Assembly (NCBI GenBank): GCA_038087875.1
Contig: CM075990.1
Location: 124,001-188,000, forward strand
DNA: 64,000 nt
Direction: 5' to 3'
DNA from: Malacoraja senta
Lineage: Eukaryota
Shown: piece by piece, positions 49,165 through 61,332 of the stretch
Layout: the number at the start of each line of letters is the position of its first letter
How positions within the stretch are numbered: the stretch's first letter is position 1
Program-made: the position numbers and the translations under genes
The notes under the pieces: model-generated
The model's database searches: none
The model's input: the letters and a program-made list of their open reading frames with translations, nothing else
What the model was told of the DNA's origin: nothing

Positions 49165-50133
49165 TTACTGAAAGGCAGCGGCAAACAGAAAAGTCTTCAG
49201 TCTAGATTTAAAAGAGCTGAGAGTTGCAGCAGACCTGCAGTTTTCTGGGAGTTTGTTCCAGATATGTGGTGCATAAAAACTAAATGCTGCCTCTCCATAT
49301 TTAGTTCTGACTCTGGGGACACAGAGCAGACCTGTCCCAGACGATCTGAGAGGTCTGGGTGGTTCGTAGCTAAGCAGAAGATCAGAAATGTATTTTGGCC
49401 CTAAACCATTCAGTGCTTTGTAAACCAACAGTAGTATTTTGAAATCAATTCTTTGACAGACAGGAAGCCAGTGTAAAGACCTCAGAACTGGAGTAATGTG
49501 ATCTACTTTTTTGGTCTTAGTGAGGACTCGAGCAGCAGCGTTCTGAATTAACTGCAGCTGTCTGATCGACTTTTTAGGGAGACCTGTAAAGACACTGTTA
49601 CAGTAGTCGAGCCTGCTGAAGATAAATGCATGGACAAGTTTTTCCAAATCCTGCTGAGACATAAGTCCTTTAATCCTTGATATATTCTTTAGGTGATAGT
49701 AGGCTGACTTTGTGACTGTTTTTATGTGGCTGTTGAAGTTCAGGTCTGAGTCCATGACTACTCCTAAGTTTCTGGCTTGGTTTGTTGTTTTTAGCATTAC
49801 CATTGGAAGCTGGGTGCTAACTTTTAATCGTTCTTCCTTGGCTCCAAAAACAATTATTTCAGTATTTTCTTTGTTTAATTGGAGAAAATTCTGGTTCATC
49901 CAATCGTTGATTTGCTCAATGCATCTACTCAGTGCTTGTATTGGACTATAGTCTCCTGGTGATATTGTTATGTAGATTTGTGTGTCGTCTGTGTAACTAT
50001 GGTAACATATTTTGATATTTTTCATGATCTGAGCCAGTGGAAGCATGTAGATGTTAAACAGAAGAGGCCCCAGAATGGAGCCCTGGGGAACTCCACATGT
50101 AATTTTTGCATGCTCAGATGTGTAATTACACAA
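49165..50133 (-). CDS. L2 reverse transcriptase, C-terminal part
   Basis: 322-aa open frame; the YADD motif reads YTDD. Confidence 0.85.
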   Translation of the reverse strand: MCNYTSEHAKITCGVPQGSILGPLLFNIYMLPLAQIMKNIKICYHSYTDDTQIYITISPGDYSPIQALSRCIEQINDWMNQNFLQLNKENTEIIVFGAKEERLKVSTQLPMVMLKTTNQARNLGVVMDSDLNFNSHIKTVTKSAYYHLKNISRIKGLMSQQDLEKLVHAFIFSRLDYCNSVFTGLPKKSIRQLQLIQNAAARVLTKTKKVDHITPVLRSLHWLPVCQRIDFKILLLVYKALNGLGPKYISDLLLSYEPPRPLRSSGTGLLCVPRVRTKYGEAAFSFYAPHIWNKLPENCRSAATLSSFKSRLKTFLFAAAFQ

Positions 50134-50320
50134 AGTAGTCCCTGTCCTTCAAGTAGGATTCAAACCATTTTAATGCTGTGCCAGAAAGTCCCACCCAGTT
50201 TTCCAAACGGTCTAGTAATATGTTGTGATCGACTGTGTCGAATGCAGCACTGAGATCTAGTAATACTAAGACTGAAATGTTGTCATTGTCTGTGTTTACA
50301 TCTGCGCCAGGTGCGTCGAG

Positions 50321-51157
50321 ATGGGGCTCCTAAGGGACCGTGTTAGGAACCTGGAGCAGCAACTCGATGACCGCTGTCTGCTCAGGGAGAGCGAGGAGGT
50401 CATAGAAAGGAGTTACAGGGAGGTGGTCACTCCAAGACCACGGGAGACAGAAAACTGGGTCACAGTTAGGAAGGGCAATGGGCAGAGGCAGGGACTGGTG
50501 AGTACCCCAGTGGCTGTACACCTTGAAAATAAGTACTCATGTTTGAGTAATGGTGGGGGAGACGGCCTACCTGGGGGCAGCGACAGCGGCCGGGCCTCTG
50601 GCACAAAGACCGGTCCTGTTGCTCAGAAGGGTAAGGAAAAGAAGAGGAGGGCAATTGTAATAGGGGACTCTATAGTCAGGGGGTCGGATAGGCATTTCTG
50701 TGGACGCGGACAAGAGACCCGGATGGTAGTTTGCCTCCCTGGTGCCAGGGTCAGGGATGTGTCTGAACGTGTCCAAGAAATCCTGAAATGGGAGGGAGAG
50801 GAGCATGAGGTTGTGGTACATATAGGTACCAACGACATAGGTAAAAAAAGAGAAGAGGTCCTGAAAGAAGAATTTAGGGAGTTAGGTAGAGAGTTAAGGA
50901 GAAGGACTGCAAAGGTAACAATCTCAGGATTACTGCCTATGCCACGCGACAGTGAGAGTAGGAATGGAGCGAGGTGGAGGATAAATGAGTGGATGAGGGA
51001 CTGGTGCAGTGGGTATGGATTCAAGTTTCTGGATCATTGGGACCTCTTTTGGGGAAGGTGCGACCTGTACAGAAAGGATGGGTTGCACTTGAACTCGAGG
51101 GGGACCAAAATCCTGGCGGGGAGATTTGCAAAGGCTACTGGGGAGACTTTAAACTAG
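50321..51157 (+). CDS. CR1 ORF1 (coiled coil plus SGNH/GDSL esterase), 5'-truncated
   Basis: [22 protein letters not shown] and DGLHLN. Confidence 0.9.
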   Translation: MGLLRDRVRNLEQQLDDRCLLRESEEVIERSYREVVTPRPRETENWVTVRKGNGQRQGLVSTPVAVHLENKYSCLSNGGGDGLPGGSDSGRASGTKTGPVAQKGKEKKRRAIVIGDSIVRGSDRHFCGRGQETRMVVCLPGARVRDVSERVQEILKWEGEEHEVVVHIGTNDIGKKREEVLKEEFRELGRELRRRTAKVTISGLLPMPRDSESRNGARWRINEWMRDWCSGYGFKFLDHWDLFWGRCDLYRKDGLHLNSRGTKILAGRFAKATGETLN

Positions 51158-51531
51158 TATGGTTGGGGGGAGGGACTCAAATTGGGAAAGCTAGCAGTCA
51201 GTGTGTGAGGCAGGAGGCAGAGAATGGTAGCACTCTGGCCCAAAATGTAGGGGAGAGAGAAGAAAAAGACAATAAACAGAGAATAAGAGAGGGTGGGTTT
51301 CTTAAATGTGTATATTTTAATGCTAGGAGCATTGTAAGAAAGGTGGATGAACTTAAAGCCTGGATTGACACCTGGAAGTATGATGTTGTGGCGATCAGTG
51401 AAACATGGTTGCAGGGCTGTGATTGGAAACTAAATATTCCAGGATTCGTTGCTTCAGGTGTGATAGAATTGGAGGGGCAAGAGGTGGAGGTGTTGCATTG
51501 CTTATCAGGGAAGATATTACAGCAGTGCTTT

Positions 51532-52910
51532 ACATAGATACATAGATACATAGAAAATAGGTGCAGGAGTAGGCCATTCGGCCCTTCGAGCCTGCACCGC
51601 CATTCAATATGATCATGGCTGATCATCCAACTCAGTATCCCGTACCTGCCTTCTCTCCATACCCCCTGATCCCTTTAGCCACAAGGGTCACATCTAACTC
51701 CCTCTTAAATATAGCCAATGAACTGGCCTCAACTACCCTCTGTGGCAGAGAGTTCCAGAGATTCACCACTCTCTGTGTGAAAAAGTTTTTCCTCATCTCG
51801 GTCTTAAAGGATTTCCCCCTTATCCTTAAGCTGTGACCCCTTGTCCTGGACTTCCACAACATCGGGAACAATCTTCCTGCATCTAGCCTGTCCAACCCCA
51901 TAAGAATTTTGTACGTTTCTATAAGATCCCCTCTCAATCTCCTAAATTCTAGCGAGTATAAGCTAAGTCTATCCAGTCTTTCTTCATATGAAAGTCCTGA
52001 CATCCCAGGAATCAGTCTGGTGAACCTTCTCTGCACTCCCTCTATGGCTATAATGTCCTTCCTCAGATTTGGAGACCAAAACTGTACGCAATACTCCAGG
52101 TGTGGTCTCACCAAGACCCTGTACAACTGCAGTAGAACCTCCCTGCTCCTATACTCAAATCCTCTTGCTATGAAGGCCAACATACCATTCGCTTTCTTCA
52201 CTGCCTGCTGCACCTGCATGCCTACTTTCAATGACTGGTGTACCAAGACACCCAGGTCTCGCTGCATCTCCCCATTTCCTAATCGGCCACCATTTAGATA
52301 ATAGTCTGCCTTCCCGTTTTTGCCACCAAAGTGGATAACCTCACATTTATCCACATTATACTGCATCTGCCAAACATTTGACCACTCACCCAGCCTATCC
52401 AAGTCACCTTGCAGTCTCCTAGCATCCTCCTCACAGCTAACACTGCCCCCCAGCTTAGTGTCATCCGCAAACTTGGAGATGTTGCTTTCAATTCCCTCGT
52501 CCAGATCATTAATATAAATTGTAAATAGCTGGGGTCCCAGTACTGAGCCTTGCGGTACCCCACTAGTCACTGCCTGCCATTGTGAAAAGGACCCGTTTAC
52601 TCCTACTCTTTGCTTCCTGTTTGCCAGCCAGTTCTCTCTCCACATCAATACTGAACCCCCAATACTGTGTGATTTAAGTTTGTATCCTAATCTCTTATGT
52701 GGTACCTTGTCGAAAGCCTTCTGAAAGTCCAGATACAACACATCCACTGGTTCTCCCCTATCCACTCTACTAGTTACTTCCTTGAAAAATTCTATAAGAT
52801 TCGTCAGACACGATTTACCTTTCGTAAATCCATGCTGACTTTGTCCAATGATTTCACCACTTTCCAAATGTGCTGCTATCCCATCTTTAATAACTGACTC
52901 TAGCAGTTAT
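51532..52910 (-). mobile_element. CR1 LINE 3' part (411-aa open RT frame at 51632-52867)
   Basis: QHGFTKGKSCLTNL, GVPQGSVLGP and FADD; (tatgtatc)n tail. Confidence 0.95.
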
Positions 52911-53358
52911 TGGCAGGATAGATTAGAGGGCTCGTCTAGGGAGGCTATTTGGGTGGAACTGAGAAATGGAAAAGGGGTAGCAACATTCATAGGGGTGTAT
53001 TGTAGACTGCCAAATGGGGAGCGAGAATTGGAAGAGCAAATATGTAAGGAGATAGCAGATATTAGTAGTAAGCACAAGGTAGTGATTGTGGGAGATTTCA
53101 ATTTTCCACACATAGACTGGGAAACACATTCTGTAAATGGGCTGGATGGGTTGGAGTTTGTAAAATGTGTGCAGGATAGTTTTTTGCAGCAATACATAGA
53201 AGTACCTACTAGAGAAGGGGCGGTGCTGGACCTCCTGTTAGGAAATGAGACGGGTCAGGTGGCAGAGGTATGCGTTGGGGAACAGTTCGGGACCAGTGAT
53301 CACAATACCATTAGTTTCAATATAATTATGGAGCGGGTCAGAACTGGACCTAGGGTTG

Positions 53359-53361
<3 letters not shown>

Positions 53362-53398
<37 letters not shown>

Positions 53399-56300
53399 AT
53401 TTATTAGAAGTACATTACATCACAGCCACATACATTAATACTCGTCATTTATATCTTCTTACAATTAATGTACTCCCTTTATTTTTTTTTTTTACACTAA
53501 AGAAAGAAAAGATTGAAAGAGAGAAGAAAGTGAAGGAAAAAGTGCAAGTGTAGAAAAGTGTAGAAAATGTAACAACAAAAAAAAAGGACGAGGACCCTAT
53601 GAGAGCGAAATTAAAAACAAAAAGAAAAAGAGTTAAGAAATAGGCCCTAAGAAAAGAAAAGAGAGAGAGAAAAAAAGAAAAACAAATGTTTTTTTTTTTT
53701 TGAGCATCACGTAAATAGGACATACCAACTCTTCAACTATCATCCCCCCTTACCCGACCTCAATTTTTTATTTTTTTAAAGTACTTTTGCACCCTATGTT
53801 TGTAATAATTCTATAAATGCAGACCACGTCAGGTGGAAGTGATCTGGTTTACCTGCTAGGAGGAGTCTTATCTCTTCAAGGTGTAGTGTTTCAAACATAT
53901 TTGAAATCCACATATTTATAGTTGGTATTGGAGCCTTCTTCCAAAATTTTAGAATTAGCTTTTTTCCAGTTATTAACCCATAATCCATTAATTTCTTTTG
54001 AAACACATTTAGTTCTGGATCATCTTCCGTTATTCCGAAGATAATCCATTCTGCTTTGGGTATCAGTCTTGTTTTAAATAACTTTGTAAAGATTTCAAAA
54101 ATTTCATTCCAAAATTTTTGAATTTTTGTACAGAAGACAAATGAGTGCGCTATAGTTGCTTCTTGGGATTGACATTTATCACAAATAGATGATACGTTTG
54201 GGAAAATTTTATGAATTTTAGTTTTCGAATAATATAATCTATGTAAAATTTTAAATTGTATTAAAGTGTGTCTTACATTAATCGAGCATTTATGTACTTT
54301 TAATAAGTATTCATTCCAACTTTCCTTTGAAATTTTAATAGCTAACTCTTGTTCCCAGTCTCTTCTGATACCCTCCGTAGATGGTATTTGTACATTTAAG
54401 ATAATATTGTACAAATATGATATTAAGTTTGCTGATTCCGCTTTTGTCTGCATTGCCTCGTCCAGTACATCTGCTGGGTTATTATGATGATCTTTTATAT
54501 ATTTTTTCAAATAGTCGCATATTTGAAAGTATTTAAAATATTGATTATTTCCGAGTTTATATTTTATTTGTAATTGTTGAAATGAAAGTAATTTTCCAGT
54601 TTCATACAAGTCACCAAGCGTTTTAATTCCTAGTCTATCCCATTGTGTATAAGCTTTATCTATAATAGGACTAAACGAAGGGTTATTGACTATAGGTAAT
54701 AAAAGTGATAAGTTTCTTAATTTTAAATTTTGTTTTATTTGTTTCCAAATACGGATTGTACTATGAATAATTGGGTTCTTATTATAGTTTATGTTATTCA
54801 ATTTCATTGGAGAGAGGAGGATCGCTCCAATGTTTCTAGAGGAGCAATCCTCTTTCTCCATTACAATCCAGTCTACTTGCTGGGCGGAGTTATCCATCAG
54901 TTGAATCATGTTTTTAATATTTACTGACCAATAATAATACATAAAATTGGGTAGTGCTAGACCCCCCAATACTTTAGATTTATTCAGATGGGTTTTTTGT
55001 ATTCTATGTGATTTATAGTCCCATATAAAATTAGTGATATCTGAGTCGAGTTTTTTAAAAAACTTCTTAGGTAAGTATATAGGAATTGATTGAAATAGGT
55101 ATAAAATTTGTGGTAAAAAGATCATTTTTATTGCGTTTATTCGGCCTATTAAAGACATCGGAAGCGTTTTCCAGAATTTAATTAATGTATTCAGTTTATT
55201 AAGTAGGGGGTCAAAATTTGCCCTGAGCATACCTTGATATGCTCTGGTAATTTCGATTCCCAAATATTTAAATTTTTCTGTAGCTATTTTAAAAGGGAAT
55301 TTTAAAAGATGTGTTGAATCTTTCGGTTTTATTGACATAATTTCACTTTTATTCCAATTTATTCTATATCCAGAAAAAGATCCGAAGTCTTCAATTAAAT
55401 TTAATATATTTGGTATAGTGATTTGAGGTTTTGTAATATACAATAATATATCATCCGCGTATAAAGATATTTTATTATATGAGTCTTTAGTATTATATCC
55501 ATGAATATCAGGGTGTATTCTAATTTTTTCTGCTAGCGGTTCAATAATGAGAGCAAACAGCTGTGGTGATAATGAGCATCCTTGTCTATTTCCCCTTGAT
55601 AGTTGAAATTTCGAGGATAATATGTTATTAGTAAGTATTCTAGCTGTAGGTTTGTTATATAGTAACTTAATCCATAAAATAAAATTCTCTCCCAGTTGAA
55701 ATTTTTGTAATACTTTATCCATATAATTCCATTCTACTTGATCAAATGCTTTTTCAGCATCCAGCGAAATAATTGATAATTCTTGATCTTCAGATTTGTG
55801 TGAGTGCATTATGTTGAGTAGACGTCTCATATTATTAGAAGAGTATCTCTTAGGGATAAACCCTGTCTGATCTGGGTTTATTAATTTACTAATGTATTTA
55901 CTTAATCTTCTGGCTAATGTTTTCGCTAATATTTTTTGATCTGTGTTTAACAATGCTATAGCTCTATATGAGCCAGGTTCTTCTAAATCCTTATTTTTCT
56001 TAGGTATTAATGTAATCGTTGATTCCGCTAATGTATCAGGTAGTATTCGTTTTTTAAAAGCGTATTGGTACATTTTTTGTAATCTTGGTATTATTTTATC
56101 ATAAGTTTTTATAAAATTCATTAGTAAATCCATCAGGGCCTGGTGTTTTTCCATTTTTTAGTGAGTTTATTGTATCTTCTAATTCCTTAATTGAGATTTG
56201 TGCACCCAGTTCCTCTTGTTCCTTCAGCTCTAACTTTGGAAGATTACAGGTATCCAAGAACTTTGTGATATTATTGGAATCAATTATCGTTTTAGATGTA

Positions 56301-57650
56301 TACAAATTCTCGTAAAATTGCGCAAATCTTTTATTAATATCCTTCGGTGTTGTTAATAATTCCCCTTTATCTGATTTGATCTTTGGTATAGTATGTTCCT
56401 TTTCTCGTTTTTTTAGCTGGCGAGCCAAAAGTTTATGCGGTTTATCCCCAAATTCAAAGTGCTCTTGTTTTGTAATTTGAAAAAGTCTTATAAGTTTGGC
56501 AGATAATAATTTATTTAATTTAAATTTTAAAATTATTATTTTATTATGTTTATCTATTGTTGGATCTTTAGCATTATCTATATCCATTTGTCTAATAAGT
56601 TCTTCTAACTGTCTTTGTTCATTCTTATTCTTTTTATTTTGAAAAGCTTGATATGAAATTATAATACCCCTAATGTATGCTTTAAAAGATTCCCAAAGTA
56701 AAGTAGGCGATATATCTGAAGTATCATTTGTTTGAAAAAAGACCTCCATTTGTTCTTTTAAATATATACTCGCTTGTGGATCTTTTAAAATTTGAGAGTT
56801 AAATCTCCAGAATGAATTATTCTTAGACAATCCTTCCAGTTTTAAAAAGAAAGTTAGTGGAGAATGGTCTGAAATTGAATTTGTATGATATATTGCATTA
56901 GATGTTTGGGGGATTAATTTTGTATCCAGCAGAAAGTAGTCTATACGTGAGTATGTCTTATGTACCATTGAGTAAAACGAATATTCCCTGCCAGTTGGAT
57001 TCACAATTCTCCAAACATCTGCTATATTAGTGTTGTTTATGTAGGTATTGAGGAGTTCCCCAGTTTTCGATTTCATATTCCCTCTCTGTTTTTGACTTGA
57101 TTTATCTAAGTACGGGTCTAAAACACAATTAAAGTCTCCGCCTATTATAACATTTTGATAGTTTGACTCTGCAATTATATTGAAGATTTTATTGAAAAAG
57201 TGGGGGTTATCAAAGTTAGGGGCATATATATTTACCAAAGTAAGTGGAGTGTCATGGATTTCTCCATTAACTATTAGGTATCTCCCTTCTATATCTGTTA
57301 TAATATTCTTTGCTTTAAATGGTATACCTTTTCTTATGATAATTGACGTGCCTCTAGATTTTGAAGTGAATGAAGAGTGGTATGTTTGACCTATCCATTT
57401 CGCCCTCAGCCTAACTTGGTCCTGAGGTTTTAGGTGTGTTTCTTGTAGGAAGGTAATGTCAGAATTATACATTTTTAGCTGAGCTAATATCTTACCCCTT
57501 TTGATAGGTTCATTAATACCTCTTATATTCCAACTACAAAATGAGACTCCTCCTAGGTTCTTTTGTGTGGTGTCATGCATTTTGAATAATTATAGTACCT
57601 TTGAATCTTGTGGTGCGTCCATATCCCAGGTCTTTAGGTATTGGGGGAGT
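53362..57650 (-). mobile_element. L1-clade LINE with complete ORF2 (one frameshift), ORF1 lost
   Basis: Poly(A) at 53362-53390; EN and RT ORFs as listed below. Confidence 0.96.
53794..57580 (-). pseudogene. L1 ORF2 (APE endonuclease, RT, Cys domain) with a single frameshift near 56100
   Basis: SWNIRG, FLQETH, GGDFN and SDH (EN); KTPGPDGF, LDAEKAFD, RQGCSLSP and YADD (RT). Confidence 0.92.
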
Positions 57651-57657
57651 TTTTGAT

Positions 57658-60429
57658 AGAAAGGTGGATGAACTTAAAGCCTGGATTGACACCTGGAAGT
57701 ATGATGTTGTGGCGATCAGTGAAACATGGTTGCAGGAGGGCTGTGATTGGAAACTAAATATTCCAGGATTTCGTTGCTTCAGGTGTGATAGAATTGAAGG
57801 GGCAAGAGGTGGAGGTGTTGCATTGCTTATCAGGGAAGATATTACAGCAATGCTTTGGCAGGATAGATTAGAGGGCTCTTCTAGGGAGGCTATTTGGGTG
57901 GAACTGAGAAATGGGAAAGGGGTAGCAACACTCATAGGGGTGTATTATAGACCGCCAAATGGGGAGCGAGAATTGGAAGAGCAAATATGTAAGGAGATTG
58001 CAGATATTAGTAGTAAGCACAAGGTAGTGATTGTGGGAGATTTCAATTTTCCACACATAGACTGGGAAACCCATTCTGTAAATGGGCTGGATGGGTTGGA
58101 GTTTGTAAAATGTGTGCAGGATAGTTTTTTGCAGCAATACATAGAAGTACCTACTAGAGAAGGGGCGGTGCTGGGCCTCCTGTTAGGAAATGAGACGGGT
58201 CAGGTGGCAGAGGTATGCGTTGGGGAACAGTTCGGGACCAGTGATCACAATACCATTAGTTTCAATTTAATTATGGAGAGGGTCAGAACTGGACCTAGGG
58301 TTGAGATTTTTGATTGGAGAAAGGCTAACTTTGAGGAGATGCGAAAGGATTTAAAAGGAGTAAATTGGGACAGTTTGTTTTATGGGAAAGATGTGGAAGA
58401 GAAATGGAGGACATTTAAAGGTGAAATTTTAAGAGTACAGAATCTTTATGTCCCTGTTCGGTTGAAAGGAAATAGTAAGAATTGGAAAGAGCCATGGTTT
58501 TCAAGGGAAATTGGACACTTAATTCAGAAAAAGAGAGAGATCTACAATAATTATAGGCAGCATGGAGTAAATGAGGTGCTGGAGGAGTATAAAAAATGTA
58601 AAAAGTGTCTGAAGAAAGAAATTAGAAAAGCTAAAAGAAGATATGAGGATGCTTTGGCAAGTAAGGTGAGACTAAATCCAAAGGGTTTCTATAGCTATAT
58701 TAATAGCAAAAGGATAACGAGGGATACAATTGGTCCATTAGAGAGTCAGAATGGACAGGTATCTGCTGAGCCAAAAGAGATGGGGGAGATATTGAACAAT
58801 TTCTTTTCTTCGGTATTCACCAAGGAGAAGGATATTGAATTATGTGAGGTAAGGGAAACAAGTAGAGTAGCTATGGAAACTATGAGATTCAAAGAAGAGG
58901 AAGTACTGACACTTTTGAGAAATATAAAAGTGGATAAGTCTCCAGGTCCGGACAGGATATTCCCTAGGACATTGAGGGAAGTTATTGTAGAAATAGCTGG
59001 GGATATGACAGAAATATTTCAAATGTCATTAGAAACGGCAATAGTGCCGGAGGATTGGCATACTGTGCATGTTGTTCCATTGTTTAAAAAGGGATCTAAG
59101 AGTAAACCTAGCAATTATAGACCTGTTAGTTTGGCGTCAGTGGTGGGCAAATTAATGCAAAGGATACTTAGAGATTATATATATAAGCATCTGGATAAAC
59201 AGGGTCTGATTAGGAACAGTCAACATGGATTTGTGCCTGGAAGGTCATGTTTGACTAATCTTCTTGAATTTTTTGAAGAGGTTACTCGGGAAATTGATGA
59301 GGGTAAAGCCGTGGATGTTGTATATATGGACTTCAGTAAGGCCTTTGACAAGGTTCCTCACGGAAGGTTGGTTAAGAAGGTTCAATGGTTGGGTATTAAT
59401 GGTGGAGTAGCAAGATGGATTCAACAGTGGCTGAATGGGAGATGCCAGAGAGTAATGGTGGATGGTTGTTTGTCAGGTTGGAGGCCAGTGACTAGTGGGG
59501 TGCCACAGGGATCTGTGTTGGGTCCACTGTTGTTTGTCATGTACATCAATGATCTGGATGATTGTGTGGTAAATTGGATTAGTAAGTATGCAGATGATAC
59601 TAAGATAGGTGGGGCTGTGGATAATGAAGTAGATTTTCAAAGTCTACAGAGAGATTTATGCCGGTTGGAAGAGTGGGCTGAAAGATGGCAGATGGAGTTT
59701 AATGCTGATAAGTGTGAGGTGCTACATCTTGGCAGGACAAATCAAAATAGGACGTACATGGTAAATGGTAGGGAATTGAAGAATGCAGGTGAACAGTGGG
59801 ATCTTGGAATAACTGTGCACAGTTCCCTGAAAGTGGAATCTCATGTAGATAGGGTGGTAAAGAAAGCTTTTGGTGTGCTGGCTTTTATAAATCAGAGCAT
59901 TGAGTATAGAGGTTGGGATGTAATGTTAAAATTGTACACGTCATTGGTGAGGCCAATTCTGGAGTATGGTGTACAATTTTGGTCGCCTAATTATAGGAAG
60001 GATGTCAACAAAATAGAGAGAGTACAGAGGAGATTTACTAGAATGTTGCCTGGGTTTCAGCAACTATGTTACAGAGAAAGGTTGAACAAGTTAGGGCTTT
60101 ATTCTTTGGAGCGCAGAAGGTTAAGGGGGGACTTGATAGAGGTCTTTAAAATGATGAGAGGGATAGACAGAGTTGACGTGGATAAGCTTTTCCCACTGAG
60201 AGTAGGGAAGATTCAAACAAGGGGACATGACTTGAGAATTAAGGGACAGAAGTTTAGGGGTAACATGAGGGGGAACTTCTTTACTCAGAGAGTGGTGGCT
60301 GTGTGGAATGAGCTTCCAGTGAAGGTGGTGGAGGCAGGTTCGTTTTTATCATTTAAAAATAAATTGGATAGTTATATGGACGGGAAAGGAATGGAGGGTT
60401 ATGGTCTGAGCGCAGGTATATGGGACTAG
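57658..60429 (+). CDS. CR1 ORF2 (APE endonuclease plus RT), uninterrupted, lacking only the first ~12 residues
   Basis: ISETW, YRPP, GDFN, SDH, KSPGPD and YADD with no stops. Confidence 0.92.
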   Translation, partial: RKVDELKAWIDTWKYDVVAISETWLQEGCDWKLNIPGFRCFRCDRIEGARGGGVALLIREDITAMLWQDRLEGSSREAIWVELRNGKGVATLIGVYYRPPNGERELEEQICKEIADISSKHKVVIVGDFNFPHIDWETHSVNGLDGLEFVKCVQDSFLQQYIEVPTREGAVLGLLLGNETGQVAEVCVGEQFGTSDHNTISFNLIMERVRTGPRVEIFDWRKANFEEMRKDLKGVNWDSLFYGKDVEEKWRTFKGEILRVQNLYVPVRLKGNSKNWKEPWFSREIGHLIQKKREIYNNYRQHGVNEVLEEYKKCKKCLKKEIRKAKRRYEDALASKVRLNPKGFYSYINSKRITRDTIGPLESQNGQVSAEPKEMGEILNNFFSSVFTKEKDIELCEVRETSRVAMETMRFKEEEVLTLLRNIKVDKSPGPDRIFPRTLREVIVEIAGDMTEIFQMSLETAIVPEDWHTVHVVPLFKKGSKSKPSNYRPVSLASVVGKLMQRILRDYIYKHLDKQGLIRNSQHGFVPGRSCLTNLLEFFEEVTREIDEGKAVDVVYMDFSKAFDKVPHGRLVKKVQWLGINGGVARWIQQWLNGRCQRVMVDGCLSGWRPVTSGVPQGSVLGPLLFVMYINDLDDCVVNWISKYADDTKIGGAVDNEVDFQSLQRDLCRLEEWAERWQMEFNADKCEVLHLGRTNQNRTYMVNGRELKNAGEQWDLGITVHSSLKVESHVDRVVKKAFGVLAFINQSIEYRGWDVMLKLYTSLVRPILEYGVQFWSPNYRKDVNKIERVQRRFTRMLPGFQQLCYRERLNKLGLYSLERRRLRGDLIEVFKMMRGIDRVDVDKLFPLRVGKIQTRGHDLRIKGQKFRGNMRGNFFTQRVVAVWNELPVKVVEAGSFLSFKNKLDSYMDGKGMEGYGLSAGIWD

Positions 60430-61332
60430 GGGAGAATACGTGTTCGGCACGGACTAAAAGGGTCGAGATGGCCTGTTTCTGTGCTGTAATTGTTATATGG
60501 TTATATGGTTATGGTTTTAAGTAAATGTCATTGAAGACCTTAACAAGAGCCGTCTCGGTGCTGTGATGTGGTCTAAATCCTGACTGGAAGACATCAAAAC
60601 AGCTGTTCATTAACATTAAATTGTTCAGCTGCTTAAAAACAGCTTTTTCAATGATTTTACTGAGAAATGGGAGGTTTGATATTGGTCCGTAATTGTTCAG
60701 TAGTGAAGTGTCTAAGTTCTTCTTTTTTAAGAGAGGCTTGATAACAGCAGTTTTCAGGGCCTGTGGGAAGACACCTGAGAGAAGGGACGTGTTCAAGCAG
60801 GGTGCAAGGCCACCAATTTCAAGTGCAGTTTCATACCATTTCAAGCAGGGTGCAAGGTCACCAAATTCAAATGCAGTTTCATACCATTTTCTGCTGGGTG
60901 CAAGGCCACCACATTCAAATGCAGTTTCATACCATTTCAAGCATGGTGAAACCGCCATAAAACCACACAAAAGACCATACTCACAGTTCAGTAGACATTC
61001 AGTGTGTTCAGTTGATTCACAGCTCAGACAGAGTCGTGACCTCTCCCTCCCCCATCATGCAGAGACTGAGACACACCCACACTTCCGGGTTTTATAATCC
61101 CTCCCCCTTCCATCGGAATAGGTGTGGCCTTCACGGCGTGATTGACAGGAGAGAGATTCTCAACATTTTTAAAACACTGATAACATTTTTATTTTTCATT
61201 GATGGGAAGAATCCTCTGCACCTGATGTGCGGAGGGGGACGGAGTAAAATGGCCAAAAATCAGAGCCATAAGTGGTAGCGTTTTATCTAAAATCAATATA
61301 AAGTGCAAACAGGAAGTTGTCAAGTTTAGACC

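Larger units (their letters stand above)
50299..60515 (+). mobile_element. Near-full-length CR1 LINE with nested CR1 and L1 and an internal duplication
   Basis: ORF1, ORF2 and a (ggttatat)n tail. ttta flanks at 50295-50298 and 60516-60519. Confidence 0.93.
48918..60792 (-). mobile_element. L2-clade LINE (48918-50298 plus 60520-60792), split by CR1
   Basis: [45 protein letters not shown] and [13 protein letters not shown]. (cttgc)n tail. Confidence 0.95.

Noticed and set aside
57601..57657. N-terminal extension making a 942-aa 'novel' protein
   Set aside because: It starts at TTG in antisense L1 sequence; the frame continuity with CR1 ORF2 is fortuitous.
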